A DNA stretch of 64,000 bases from the human T2T-CHM13v2.0 reference genome, Homo sapiens. The notes beneath the pieces are model-generated. The model had not been told where the DNA came from, searched no databases, and worked only from the letters and a program-made list of their open reading frames with translations. The stretch lies in NCBI RefSeq assembly GCF_009914755.1, contig NC_060936.1. One strand, 5' to 3'. Shown here one piece after another: positions 40,381 to 56,079 of this stretch. Position numbers and translations under genes: made by a program. Numbering within the stretch: position 1 is the stretch's first letter; each line of letters opens with the position of its first letter.

Positions 40381-40589
40381 TGTATTTCTTACAGTTTCAT
40401 ATTAAGGGGGAAAAATCTTCATTTTCTTATGTCTTGCACATGTTCACAAGACATGTATAAACATATTTATCCCTTCCTTGTTGATAATAAAAGTGAGAAA
40501 GCAAGAAAAAAACACCAAAATTCTCACAAATAGAACAAAAAAATGCTAAAACTTACTAAAATATTTTACAGCTGCAAAAGAATTTTATG

Positions 40590-40930
40590 CAAACATTTAA
40601 CAAGTATTTATTGATGTGCTATTGTGTGCTAGGTATTCTAAGTGCTGAGGACAATTAACAAAACATACACAATTTCTGGATTCTTATAATCTGTTATAGT
40701 AAGGGAATATACACTATATGAATAAAATAATTGATCTGTTTATTTTTAAATGATACACAATGTAGAGAAACAAAAAAGAATGAAAAGAAGTACAGACTAT
40801 TCTTACAATCTATGTTATAGTAAGGGAATATAGACTATATGAAAAAAAGAATAATCTATCTTTTTTTTCTTAATGACACACAATGTAGAGAAACAGTAAA
40901 GAATGAAAGAGGTACAGAGTCGTGGGGCAG
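40590..40930 (-). mobile_element. L2 3' fragment containing a ~120-bp tandem duplication
   Basis: CATTTAACAAGTATTTATTGATGTGCTATTGTGTGCTAGGTA, followed by two ~120-bp copies. Confidence 0.65.
40681..40920. repeat. Diverged tandem duplication, 2 x ~120 bp
   Basis: Both copies share TGTTATAGTAAGGGAATATA.ACTATATGAA and CACAATGTAGAGAAACA...AAAGAATGAAA...GTACAGA. Confidence 0.92.
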
Positions 40931-41689
40931 AGGTAGTGGAGGTGGCTAAATTAGAGTCCCGTATTAAACCTTCACTTCAATATTGGATCACAGAAACAAA
41001 TTACATAAAGTTAAATAGTCTAATAATATTTATATAAAATTTTTAGCTTGCAATATTACACATATTTACAGAACATCTATGCAAAGGAAACAGAAATATA
41101 TTGTAAAAATTTGAAAGCATTTATCAGGTTAGTAAGCACTGGATTCATGAGAGTGATTACATCTCAGAATAGCAAACTATAGGACTGGGTTTAGTCAAGG
41201 AAGGCTTCAATTCTGGGGTGTTTAACCTCTCCTCAAACAATATTTAAAGAAATGACATAATTATTAGACACTGCTGAGTGAAAGATATTAATATATGAGT
41301 GCTTATTACATTGTCCTCTTTTGTTTCAATATTTTGGTTTTATTTTGTTATAAAATCTTTATTACCGCCATGATCTAACTAACTGAACTAACCAATCAAG
41401 CTTATTTTGTAATATAAACTTCAAAAGAACTAAATTTATGTATTCAGGTTTCTGGATAGGAGTGTGATTAGAAGTTTCTACTTGTTATTATACATTTTAA
41501 AGTTTATACAAAAATGTGATTCATTATTTCATTTGCAATCTCAAATTGATTGAACTAATGAGCTTCGAGGGGAGGTAGAGGGAGAACAGACAGTCCCATA
41601 TGAACAAATCAGAACATTATAACCATAGTAGCACTAAACACTTGTATAATGCATACCATGTATGGTGTACTCTTTTCATTTTACTTTTG

Positions 41690-41860
41690 TAAACCAGTTT
41701 AAGTGCCACTATAGCCTGTGAGGTAAATGCTACTCATGTCCCAATTTTACAGGTGAGGTCATCTAGGTAGTAAATGGCAGAGCTATATATGTAAAGCACT
41801 TACTAAAATCCTTGGGAAACATTAATTGCTAAAGAAATGGTCATATTTATTATTGATATT
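41690..41860. mobile_element. MIR fragments
   Basis: CCTGTGAGGTAAATGCTACTCATGTCCCAATTTTACAGGTGAGG and ATGTAAAGCACTTA. Confidence 0.55.
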
Positions 41861-42099
41861 GTCATTGCTGCTGGTACCCAGGTCATGTTTTCTTATCACG
41901 GATCTTTTGGTGTTGAGGCCCATTAAGGAAAACAAAGAATAGTCAGGCTTGACAGAATTGTAAAGGAAATATCTTTTTTCTTCACCATAAATTCCTGATA
42001 GCTCATAAAATATGTAATTTCATTTGTTTTGATACGTGAAAAGAAAAAAACGTGATCTTCTCTTGATTCTCACTAGTACCTTTCCATATGTCTCAGCTC

Positions 42100-42545
42100 C
42101 TGAACTACTACAGCCCAGCTCTTTTCCAATCCATTTTCCACATTGCCATCAAGTAGCTTTCTATCCCGTAAATTTCATTAAGAGTCCTCTTTTTAAAGCC
42201 TTGCAATTGCCTACTGGATAAATGTCAAGCACTTTTTCACAGCACACAAAGGTCTCCATGAATTTATCTCAGACTTTCTCTTCAACTTTATTGTTCATGG
42301 ATACCCTTTGAAAACTTCTACATCTGACTTATCAAAGTCAGAAGTACATTGCTCAAATTTGTAATGCTATTTCATAACTTCCTGCCTTGGCAAATTTTGT
42401 TCTCTCTGCCTGGAAGTTATAAACGCGTCTTTCTAAACTTAGTTCAAGAGTCTCCCCTGGAAAATCTCAAAAATAGTTAATTAACTTTCTCCATTGTCAC
42501 ATGCTATATTTTGCATAGAAAAATATTTAGCACTTACAATACTTT
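42100..42545 (+). mobile_element. L2 fragment
   Basis: CCATTTTCCACATTGCCATC...TTTAAAGCCTTGCAATTGCCT...TTCTCTCTGCCTGGAA. Confidence 0.55.
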
Positions 42546-44167
42546 TTACTCAAAATTATCGCCTATCTAAAACAATAATTCATAGTCTCCATGTTATGAG
42601 AAACTATCACTATCTTTAGGAAAGAGAAAATTTATTCCCATAGGTTTAAAAAATGAAATATTTACTTTTCAAGTAAAAGAATGTCAACTTCTGCCTATAT
42701 TAGGAGAAACAAAAGAGAACGTTGCAAATAAAAAAAAAATTATTGCTTCATTGGCTCAACACCAGCTATGCACTGGTGATACAAAGATAAATAAGGAAGT
42801 CCCTTCCAATATTACACAATACGTAGAATGGCATTGAATTGTAATTGCATGTAACTCATGAAAACGCATGCTGTTTTTTAGGACCTAACATCCATGTAAA
42901 TTATGACTCCACTATATCTTCAAACAACAATGAAACATTAGGCAGCATGCACTTTCAGTCAAGTTAACTGTATATTATACTCCAAGACACTACCATACAT
43001 GTAACAGTAATGGATAAATTATAAAAAGTTAAAAATTATAAAGATATCAGGTAGTCAAAAAACAAAAGAAGTGCAAGACAAGGGTGGGAACTGAGCTCAT
43101 TATTTCAAGCCATGCAATTCCTTAAATTATTTCTTATGAAATGAAGCCAGATAAAATTGCCATGTTCTGCTGCTACTGAAAATTATATGAAGATGCAAAG
43201 TTTTCTAGTATCACTGTTGGACAGGAAATCAGAATTGCTAATCTAAGATTTCATTCTGCACTAGAATTCCTAAACAATTGAGTGCAGTCAACCAAAAAGC
43301 TAAAAGATATGCACAGTTTACAGAAAGTGAAAAGTCCTACTCCACTGAGCCTGAAATTAAAAATTCCAAAATAAATAATCAAATCTAACAATGAGAATAA
43401 TGATCCAAAACACTAACACTTGAAAGCTGCTTTCACACCAGATAAAATGAAAACAACCAAAGTGTTTTAAAAGATAAAAACAGGAGCAAGTATGTTCAGT
43501 CTGTAGAAAGCTAAATAAAAGAATCATTAAAGAATCAACTCCAAAAGTGAAAAAGGGCAATTAAAAATGATATAAAAAGTGAATAGAGAGAATATCTAAA
43601 AAATCAACACATTATCTCTAGAAGAAAAACATTCAATAGAAGAGATGTGAACAAAATCAAATAATTAATAGAAGACAATGAGGAATTTTCTTGGTGTGCA
43701 GTAATGAGAGACAAGTAAATTTTTAAAATATAAAGGAGCAGCTAAGAGACATAAAGAATAAATTGAGAGTCTTCAACTCTAACAGGAATCCAAGAAGCGT
43801 GGCCGAATGGTAGGAAATCATTTAAAGAAACAAAAGCTCAGTGAAATACTTGAGTCTTGACAGAAAACTTACATTCATCAGAAATTAAAGATAATCAATT
43901 ATAAATGTAGATAGAGAAGAAAGTCAGATCGCCGAAAAGAAATTAGAGACAATTAGACTTTCAATATACTTATCAGCAATAAAAAATACTGGAAGACAAA
44001 AGTATGATGTTCTTAATGTGCCAAAGAAAAATAACTTTCCGCTGAAATTTCTATTTTTGGCCACACTAACATTCAAGAAGACTGATAAAGATATTTTCAG
44101 GTATTAAAAAATGAGAAAATTCATAGTCCCCAAATTCACACTGAAAGGCTTATTAAAATATATGCTT

Positions 44168-44507
<340 letters not shown>

Positions 44508-45307
44508 TTATACAAGAAGAAAACAGCCAAGATAGATAGGAGTAGTCATATGAATATTATGATGTAAAATGGCAAATTGAATTAGTTATTGATTTATGAA
44601 TCATAGCATAGCTAATTGGAAACTAAAAAATATAAATGATAAAACTAAGATTGTAATTAGTACTACTGGGAGGGGAATGGTTCAGAGTTAAAGGGCTGAC
44701 GTTTCTTGTCTTTTAAAGATGGGAGAGAATAATGTTGCAAGATTTTAAGTTGTGTTAAAGAACTTAGTTATATATGTATGTTCCACACTTAAAGCTAAGT
44801 ATTGTAATAGACAAATACTCTATCACTTCTAAAACAACAGAAGCATGAGAAAGAGAGTAAGAATACATATTCTGTCCAAACAAATTTATAAAACAAAAGA
44901 AAGTGAGGAATTTAAAAAATAGAACTGGGAAATAAAAAACACAACATAAGTATGTGTGTGTTTGTGTGCATACACACACAACAAATATAAACAAGTGGTA
45001 TTTATCAATTTATTTAAGAAAATTAAAATAAAACTTCAGACCTAATCTGAATCAAGACAAATGATAAATCTACCTAATCAAGACATATGGTAAATCTACA
45101 TCTCACTGAAAAAACTGAAAAATAAAAATATTCAGCAAAAAATCCAGAAAAATAATTTTTAAAAGAGTCTATGTAATAACATATAACATAGATCAATTTA
45201 GAAAACTGACATATTAACTTTAAAATGAGGGCAAATTTAAATTTAATATAAAAATCAGAGAAGTGAATAGACACAGCACATAACAATAAAAAGCATAATT
45301 CAAACAT

Positions 45308-45520
45308 TGTAGTGGGCTCACTGGTGCTCACAGGTAGCTGGTGATCCTGTCTTTCTGGACATTGAAGTTTGTACTTCTCCCCTCTGCAGTGAGTCACTCC
45401 TCTGTGATTAATTCTAATCAATGAAATGTGAGCATGAGAGATGTGTGATCCTTCTGAGCAGAGGCAGTCGAAAGCCCATGCATGGTTCTTTAGTCTGGCT
45501 CTTTGCCTGCTCTCATAGCT
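45308..45520 (+). mobile_element. Old MLT1 (I/J-like) LTR 5' fragment
   Basis: TGTAGTGG...TCTAATCAATGAAATGTGAGCA...ATGTGTGATCCTTCTGAGCAGAGGCA. Confidence 0.55.
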
Positions 45521-45533
45521 TAAAAAAAAATGA

Positions 45534-45830
<297 letters not shown>

Positions 45831-46622
45831 TTACCCAAAATCTTCAAAAGTGAAGACAATAGAAGCATTGCATTGCAATAGACGTGAAATGCAGCTAAAT
45901 AATTTTTGGTGAAAATTGTAAAATTGCAAATGTGTTTATTAATAAAACAAGACACCCTGAAAAATTATTAAGTAGTCAACACAAGAAGCTTGGAAAAAGA
46001 ACAAGAGTAAATCTAAACTTAAAAATGAAAGAAAAATATTTAAAGCAAATAGTATAAATTAATTTAAAAGAACAACAAGAAAATTAAAAAAAAAATTAAA
46101 ACCTGATTTTAAACCTTTGGTAAAATAAAGAAAAAAAGAGTTATGATACAAATAAGTTACATTACAAACAGAAAAGAAAAAATGTACACATAGTACATAT
46201 AGAAAGGGGAAAAATTAAGAAAATTTCAAGTAGCAGGGAATTTTAAGTGCTCTCTCCTTTCTTGCTGGACTTGCTCTAGCACTAAACGGCAGAAATAAAT
46301 AGAAGAGTGATAAAGGGATATTTTATTAGTTCCTTGTGTGAAATGTGTCTAGGAGTATGCAGTATGACTATTGCAATCAGTGTAGCCCTGATTGTTCAGT
46401 GTGGATAAGTTCATTCTCATATATGAGTGCATAAAACTGTGATGTTTATATACTTATGCGTAAACATTTCTCTCTTGATTATTTGTCTATATATTTGAGA
46501 GAATTTTTTATTTTACTTTTTTTATTTTTCTGTATTTTTTTGAGGATGCATTTTAATTTTATAACACATAAAATAAAATCAAATGGTACATACAAAGAAT
46601 TTTTATTGAAAATATTTGTATA

Positions 46623-47037
<415 letters not shown>

Positions 47038-47724
47038 TTAAAGATTGAGGGGACACGTGGAGAATCCCTTCTGTCAAAAATTGTATTATGTTAATGTTAG
47101 TATGCTAAGAGATGAGTAGTAAAAGTAGAGTCTAAGCTTTAAAACATTCATTTTCAAAGCTAAATTGGCGCTAAATTCAAAACAGTTTAATATATCATAT
47201 CTTTCTGCTAACATATGAAAAAACACGCTACTCTGTGGGCAAGCTAGCACTATATAAAGCTTTTCCTCTGTAGTGTTCTACAAGCACTCTAGTAAACAAT
47301 AAGCTTAAGAAAGTTCCAGCTTCATGGTAGATGAGTACTATGCAAGCCCCATAATATGCTATAAACTGAATTCTCATCAGAGTTTAAGTAGTTTAACAGC
47401 TAGGCTAGATATTTAAGGCACAATATGATGCAATGACAAGTTTCTAGCTTTAGTTATTTATCTGTAACAAGACTGATAACGAGATGATTCAGCCAAGCAA
47501 AAGACAATGTAGAAAAAAATGGAACAAAAGAAGGTCAGGATTTCAAAATATCGGATATATATACTTATGAATGAACCAATATACTCACATTCAAGTACAT
47601 AATGTAGAGGAAAAAAAGGTAGCTATCTAAACATGGGGAGAGTAAACCATGATGACAAAGATGCATAATATCTTTTAATCAATATATAAAATGTTACAGT
47701 TGTAAATGTCTTAGTTATTTTCAA

Positions 47725-48050
47725 CTAAATTTAACAAACATTTATTAATAAGGCATTATCTGCCAGGCATTGTGAAAGGTACTGGAGACACAGATATGGA
47801 ATTAGACTGAGGGGAGCAGAAAGCTCCTAGTCAAGTAAGGAACATAGGTAAGTGAACAAATAAAATCTGAGGGCATGATAATATCGCAGCTGAAATATGT
47901 GCACAGAATTATGCAGAATAAAAACAGATTTACTTTACCTAGGACTCAGGAAGACTTCCTAAATAGATAGTATCTGATCTGTGTTCTGAAGACAGAGGGA
48001 AAAGTTTTTGCAAAGACACAGGCAGGTTACAAAGCATGGCGGGGTTAGTG
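47725..48050 (-). mobile_element. L2 3' end
   Basis: TTAACAAACATTTATTAA...TGCCAGGCATTGTGAAAGGTACTGGAGACACAG. Confidence 0.7.
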
Positions 48051-48094
48051 ACCTCAGGCAGAGAGGCATTCCACCTGGTAGGTCACAATTGTTC

Positions 48095-48270
48095 AAGACT
48101 CTGTATTAATGTTTTGACCATAACCTTGGGTAAGTTATCACCTTATCTGAGCTTTGATCATCTTACCTGTTAAGAGAGGATTGCCATGCTTTTAGGATAG
48201 TTTTAAGGTTTAGAAATCATGCATGTAAAAGCACATCATAAAACAATAATAAATTAATAACCATAATTAA
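48095..48270 (+). mobile_element. MIR
   Basis: TAACCTTGGGTAAGTTATCACCTTATCTGAGCTTTG...ATGCATGTAAAAGCAC. Confidence 0.65.
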
Positions 48271-48399
48271 GTGATTAATATTTTAAAAACTAAAATTAAC
48301 ACTTTTTAAATTTAATCATATATAATTCCAGTTACAACCCTGTGATTCATATTATTATCCCCATTACAGAGGTGTAAACTGAGTGTGACTGTAGTGTGA

Positions 48400-49213
<814 letters not shown>

Positions 49214-50116
49214 GTTTGGAAAGAACACAGCCAGGTCTAACTCCAAAAGCTGCACTCTTAAACCACAAATAATTGATTGCCCGATGCTAGTACTTGGAAG
49301 TTATTATTACTGCAATGTTTAAAATTTGCTTATTGGAAATTTAAAATACTTTCTAGAATATCTGATAGATGAAGTTTTTATTGGCAAAAGCGGACAAGAG
49401 AAGGAAAAAATGGAGAGAAATAAAGAGAGATCAAGCAATAGAAAAGGTACCTTCATTTAAATCTGATGACAGCAGAAATGATCATTTAAAACAGTGCTAC
49501 CTAGCAGCAGTTGAGGCTTTCAGAAACAGAGATGAGGAAAAATATGGTTCAGCAATAAATAAGCAAAAGTTAGAAACATTGGCATGTAGAAGCAGGGCAA
49601 GAGGCCTCTAAGATAATCAGGGTTCCACAATAAAGACAAATCAATAACAAGAGATACCTGTAATATTTAGTATGTGGAGTGGGAGAAAAAGAAGAAGAGG
49701 TGGCAGAAATAAGCAACTCAGAGTTTCTTGAGGGAGAGGATATATTATTAGAAAATGAAACTACATCAGGATCTTTTTCAATAAATTAAGTTACAGAGCC
49801 TTCTCCGTGCCCATTTATCTCTCTGTACCTAAAGCTATAAATATACAAAAAGTTTGATATTATATCTTAGCCATTCAGAAAATGAACATGGATGTGTGTG
49901 TGTGTAAATGTGTGTGTGTGTATACCTGAATTTTTGAAGCACATGTTAAATTATACTATTATATGTTGAATAGGTCAAGAAGCCTGAGGCACGTATTACA
50001 TATTTTAGAAAAATTTATATTTAAAATTCAAATAAAAACACGCTCAGAAATTTCAATTGGTATTCAAAAGCTCTTGTCATGTATGTGTAAAACGCAGCTC
50101 AGCCTACTGTTGAGAG

Positions 50117-50560
50117 AGGTGATTGTTAATGTTAAGTATCAACTTGAGTGAGACATGGTCTGCCAAGATAATTGGTTAAATGTTCTTGTTGCTGTGTTTG
50201 TAAAGGTGTTTCTGGATGAGATTAACATTTGAATAAGTAGACTGAGTAAAGTCAATTACCCTCCCCAGTGTGGGTGGACCTCATTCAATCCATTGGAAGC
50301 CTAAATGGAACAAAAGCCATGGTACAGGGGAATTCTCTCTCTGCCTGATTGGTTTTGAAGTGGGGCATGTCTTCTACACTTGGACTGGAATTATACCATC
50401 AACTCTCGTGGGTCTCTAGCTTGCAGACAGCAGATTGTGGGACTTCTCTGCCTTCATGACTGTGTGAGCCAAATCCTAAAATAAATAAAATAAATCTCTT
50501 TGTCTAGCTAGCTAGCTAATCCTATTAGCTCTGTTTCTCTGGAGAACCCTGGCAAATAGA
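50117..50560 (+). mobile_element. MLT2 (C/D-like) solo LTR
   Basis: GTGTTTCTGGATGAGATTAACATTTGAAT...CCCTCCCCAGTGTGGGTGGACCTCATTCAATCC...TCTGTTTCTCTGGAGAACCCTG. Confidence 0.85.
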
Positions 50561-51177
50561 GGAGACTCATACTTAATAGCTGTGACTTTCCTGAATTCCA
50601 GGTGATCTAGAGAGGGCAAAACCACTCTGTCCTAAGGATATCTAGGGATGCTTGAACTTCCAATGCTTACCAACAACTTGGGCCAAGTGAATAAACTTAT
50701 ACTCAAGGTAATGCAAGATACATTCATCCCATTTTTGAAGTCCTCTCCAATTCGGTCTCCAGATCCTTGTTTCCATTACAGCCAGCATCCTCTAATAAGT
50801 TGTGCTATTTTATCAGAAATGGTAGACAAGCATTGTTTTGATTTTCCCCTCATTATCTATAGAGGCCTTGTCCAGTGATCTTTCAAATGTTACAAAATTT
50901 TTAATGTAATAATCTGTAGATGAAGCATTTGCAAATGTTTGCGTTATTAGAGTACTCTCCTGCAAGACAAGGGAAGAGAAAGATAGGTCAACCTGGCTAA
51001 CCATAGACATCTACCTGTCATTCTGGTGAGAAAATTCACCTTACATTCAAATCCAAACTCAAATCCAAATCCAAAGGTCTTTTGTGTAATCCTGGATTTG
51101 ATATACTGATATTTCGTTATAGATTTCTGTCCCTATGTTTTTGAGGAATATTGGTCTTCAGTATTCTTTTCTCATAA

Positions 51178-51907
51178 TGAAACTACCTTTGCAAAAAATA
51201 TAACTGAGGAAATTATAACAGTGAAAGAGATCAGACCTAACCGACTCCATCTTTCTTCTAACCTTTAAGCTGTCCTTGTTCTTTCCTAGCCATAGGCCAA
51301 ATTAACCTAGGGAAGGAATTTAGTTTATAGTTTGACTCTGAAATAAAATTGATAATAGCGCTTTCCCGAAAAGACCCCCTTCTTGCATTGGGACCAGTCT
51401 GCCTTCTTAAAACTAACAAATTAGCTACAAGATTAGAAATTATGGTTTAGGAATCATGCAGCCTCTGGCTGCAAGAGTCTGAACCTCCCCAAATTGCTCC
51501 TGGGGATAACATCACTATTGTAAAACCTAAGATCAGTGCTTGAGATATTTTGCAGACCCTGCACTCAGTTGATCAGCTGACATCACTCAGACCAGTAATC
51601 CGACTCAACCGTTCTATGATCCCACCCAGAAAGGGAAGACAGCAAGAAAACCTCACTTCAACCCCACTATGATTCTGTCTCCAATCTGACCAATCAGAAC
51701 TCCCCACTTCCCAAACCCCTGCTCACCAAATTATCTTTAAAAATTCCAATCCCCAAATGTTCGGGGAGACTGATTTGTGTGGTAATAAAACTCTGGTCTC
51801 CTGCACAGCTGGCTCTATGTGAATTATTCTTTCTCTATTGCAATTCCCTGTCTCGATAATAGGCTCTGTCTAGGCAGTGGGCAAGGTGAACCCATTGGGT
51901 GGTTACA
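51178..51907 (+). mobile_element. LTR8A-like solo LTR (ERV1)
   Basis: TGAAACTACCTTTGCAAAAAATATAACTGAGGAAATTAT...AATAAAACTC...CCCATTGGGTGGTTACA, 730 bp; 4-bp TSD ATAA/ACAA. Confidence 0.92.
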
Positions 51908-52324
51908 ACAATGTTTTTATCTAGTTTTGGTAATTAGGTAAACCTGGCCTTATACAATGAGTTAGAAAGATTCTAATTATCTTCAGTTTATTTAACTCTT
52001 TTAAAGAATTCATCAGTGAGACTATCCATGAACGGAGTTTCCTTTGTTCAGTTTTAAACTCAAATTCAGTTTCTTTAATCAGTGTAACACTATTCATTGT
52101 ATGTTTCTTCTTAAGTGAATTTTAATAGTTTGTGTCTTTTCAAGGAATTGATTTAGTTTAAGCTTTTGAAATTATTGGTATAAAGTTGTTTATAATATTT
52201 TCTTATCAATTTGAATGACTGTAATGATTCTTTGTCTTCATTCCTAATAAAATCTCTATTTATATGGCTATTTCTGTCAATCTGGCTACAGATTTACCAA
52301 TTTTATTAATCTTTTTAAAGATGT

Positions 52325-52638
<314 letters not shown>

Positions 52639-53369
52639 TTATTTCAACTTTCATTTGCTTTTCTTATTCCAATATCTTAAGATAAAAGTTAGATCATCAA
52701 TTTGAGTCCTTTCTTCTTTTCTACTAGAAGTATTTTTTGCTATAAATTTTCCCCAAATCACTGCTTTAACAGAATAGTATACATTTGTATATTGTATTTT
52801 CACTTGTTTCAGTTAAAAAATGTGTAATTTCCCTTGTGATATTCTAACAAAGGAGAAAGTTTGTTGACTATTTCCTAAATATAGACAGTTTTCAAGATTT
52901 TTTTGTTACTGATTTCCAGTTTAATTTTATCATTGTTCAGGCTCATACTTTGTATAATTTTCATTATTTTAAAATTACTAAGGATTTTTGTAGCTCATTA
53001 AATGGTTTAGTTGGAAGTTGAATGTGTATCTGAAAGGAAAGTATATTCTGCTCTTGTTGGGTGGAGCGTCATTTAAATATCAGCTATGCCACCAGTCAGT
53101 CCCATGAACCAGACCTGTTCTCACTTCAAAGCTACAAGAGAATAAAGGGAAACAAAAGAAAATTCACTTCTATTTGGGTTACTGCTGAAGATGTTAATAC
53201 TTCTCCATTTTCGGTCAACTTTTATTTCCCTTCAGAGTTCTTAGGCAGTTATTTTTCTTTTGCTGGTATCGCAACATTCTTTTAAACTGGAAAAAAAAAT
53301 TGAATGAAAGAAAACTAATAGCAGTTTAACAATATTTTGTGAATACTAGTTACAAATCAAGCCCTAATG

Positions 53370-53545
53370 CAGATTACCTCATTTACTCCACAGAAAAAAT
53401 GTGCAGTTATTCATTTTTATTTATCCCCATTTTACAGATAATGTGGGTTTTAAACAATTAAATAACTTGACCAAACTCCTTCAGTTAACAATAAAAAGAA
53501 TTCAGGATTGAGCATAGGTTGCTGTCCAGCAGTGTGTCTATATTC
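53370..53545 (-). mobile_element. MIR
   Basis: TATCCCCATTTTACAGATAA...TTAAATAACTTGACCAA. Confidence 0.7.
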
Positions 53546-53549
53546 TTAT

Positions 53550-53988
53550 TGTTAAAGCAAACTGAAATCTGGCCTGAGAAATCCTCTGTATTTCCATGCA
53601 TGAGTCCCTATAGACAAGCCATAACACATCTTAGTAGATAGGCAGACTGAAACCCTAATGAAGGAGTATGCTTCGGTAACAGCAACTTAGTATCAGCCAA
53701 CCCTAGCAGACATACTTCAACCATTCATAGGTAGCCGACTGTTTAAACCATTTTCAAATAAGGCAAATGCCAAACTGTAACCAATCCAGCAGTTTCTTTA
53801 CCTCACGTCTGTTTTCTATACATTATTATCCTTTTTCTGTCCATAAATTTGCTTCAACTATGCAACATCCATGGAGTCTCTCTCAATCTGCTGTGATTCT
53901 GAGGACTGCCCAATTCACAAATTATTTCCTTTTTCTTGTTCAATTAAACTTTGTTGCATTTGATTTCTCTAAACTTTTTCTTCGAACA
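53550..53988 (+). mobile_element. 5' LTR (MER57 family)
   Basis: TGTTAAAGCAAACTGAAATCTGGCCTGAGAA...TTCAAATAAGGCAAATGCC...TGTAACCAATC (CCAAT), CATAAAT, ATTAAA polyA signal, ...AACA. Confidence 0.9.
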
Positions 53989-53992
53989 GATC

Positions 53993-54010
53993 TGGTGTCA
54001 CAAGTGGGAT
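53993..54010 (+). promoter_or_regulatory. Primer-binding site, tRNA-Leu type
   Basis: TGGTGTCACAAGTGGGAT, 4 nt after the LTR; 17/18 match to TGGTGTCAGAAGTGGGAT, recalled as the complement of the tRNA-Leu(CAA) 3' end. Confidence 0.85.
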
Positions 54011-54279
54011 CTGAGGCAAAATTCCAGCAACCTCTAGGAATACTAGGTGACCAGAAGAGGTGCCCACAGCACTAGTTGTGCTCACTGCTCCCTCGATTGT
54101 AACTGGAGGTCATAGATGAGATTTCTCTAGGATTCTGAACTTCGTTAATTTGTGATCTGAGCGCTGAATTTATCTGAGCAATATTTAGACTGAACTGGGT
54201 ACAGAATCAAATTACACTTGATAATTAACTGGATGGGATTTAGTTTGAAGCCTTAGGTAGATGCTCTTATTTTTGATAG

Positions 54280-55658
54280 TGAATTTGTCTCAATCCAATG
54301 AGTCTGGGACCCCAACTTCTGGGACTCCAGCTAATTTTATATATAAAAATTATGGGCCCAGAATGTGTGCATCATTAGGAAAATGGGTTAATCTTATTAG
54401 AGAAAACTTAGAATCAAGATAGCCACAATGGAGAACTTTTAATTTGGATAAAATTATTTATTTTGAGGCATATTAAGGAAAGGAGATCAAAAACCCCCAC
54501 AAAAACTTTGCAATGTGTTCTTTCATTGGTATGCAGAGGCTTCTAAGAGACTAAATGAATCAAAATGTTCTCCTTCAAAAATTCTTTGCAAAAAGCAAAT
54601 GAACTAACCCCAACTGTTCCTTCTCTTTATCCATCTCTGCCTGCATACTCTGACACCACTAACCTTTTTGCTAAATTACCTTTTCACTCGGAAGATGATG
54701 AAAAAAGACAAATTAGAGACCTAACAAAGTAAGGCCTTCTGATCAGCCAGGCCTGTCTGCTGCAACCACTCTCACTCCATGGTCTAAAACTGAGCTTAGA
54801 GCCATTGGAAAGTACTTCCCTGATCCAAGAGGAACTTCTCAAAAATTTACTGAGAAATTTAGGATCCTCATAGAAGGTTATAATCCAGGACTCCCTGACC
54901 TTTATCAATTTAGTCACTTGATATTGAAGCCTGATAAAGCTTGCAAATGGATTACAGCAGAAAAATGGGACAAACCTGAGGACGATGTTAAAGACCCATC
55001 CAAAACCTTTTTATGAGAAGGAACAAAAAGCGTTAGAAAAAATGCTGAAAACTTCTTAAATTCAATTTCTAAATTTTCCACAAAAAGTTGATCAGTACAT
55101 CATGAAAACAAAAACAGGATGAGGGACCAGTTTCAGATTACAAATTCTGTAGAAACACTGTTAGAAACACTTGTTTGTGAAACATTCTGGGCTCAAAGTT
55201 CAGCAAGGAGTATTTCCTGCAGGAACGGAAATGGTATTAACTGGTCTATTTATAAGTAGATTCCATTTTGAACTTAATAATTTAATTAAAAACCATAAAC
55301 TGGGATGGGAAGTTATAGATATGACTAAATTAGTGACCTTAACTGAACATTTTGAGAGGACTCTAGAGCCAGGAAAAAAAAAACCCAAAAGGTTAACAAA
55401 CTTAAATCTCTTTAATTACAACAGTTACAGGGGCCGGGACCAAACAGACCTTCCCATTCTCCTTTTAAATCACAACCAAGAGGTCCTAGAACAAGAAATT
55501 CTTTACTCTAAGATGTCTGCTTTATTTGCAAACAGCTAGGACAGCGGAAAAGAGATTGTCCCCCTTTAGTAACCGTCCACCCATAAGCCTCTCTTTAGGC
55601 CAAACTGTTTTGCCACTAGAGGGAGCCAAAGAGACCTTTGTTCTGATGATAACATTGA
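54280..55658 (+). pseudogene. gag: gag remnant
   Basis: MA-like GTPANFIYKNYGP...PQWRTFNLDK; CA-like PWSKTELRAIGKYFPDP...YNPGLPDLYQ; zinc knuckle CFICKQLGQRKRDC (55518-55559, His replaced by Gln); TGA at 55656 is in frame with pro. Confidence 0.88.
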
Positions 55659-56050
55659 TGCGGCTCCAAGGGATTCTGTGATAAATTGCTCCCCATTACA
55701 CCCTTAAATAAACATGGAGAAACAGAGGTTAAAATAAATGGGGAGTCATGTAAAGTCATGATGGATACTAGAGCTATTCTATCTACAATAAATCCCACTT
55801 TAATAAGCCAACAAATTCCTTGGGGTAGAAAGGTAGATTCCAATATCTGAACTTGGGGCTCTTTTCAGAAAAACACTCCTTTTCACTATGTGAAACCACT
55901 CCAGTAAATTTGCTAGGGCAAGACTTACTTTCAAAGCTAAAAGGCACATAAAATTTTTCTCAGAGGGAGAAAAAAATCTTAGAGTTTCCTGAGTCTCCTG
56001 AACCAGAATTGTTATGCTGTCTACAGGCAGAAATTGATAAGAACAAAACT
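55659..56050 (+). pseudogene. pro: Retroviral protease remnant, apparently internally deleted
   Basis: ETEVKINGESCKVMMDTRAILSTINP, a DTGA-type active site mutated to DTRA at 55764-55775. Confidence 0.85.
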
Positions 56051-56079
56051 TAGGCTTGCAATACCCCTGATCATTCAAA

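Noticed and set aside
49369-49611. 80-aa charged ORF (MKFLLAKADKRRKK...)
   Set aside because: Purine-rich DNA next to L2 remnants; no domain, splice or promoter support.
53993-54010. tRNA-like sequence
   Set aside because: Only the 18-nt retroviral PBS; no cloverleaf or A/B boxes.
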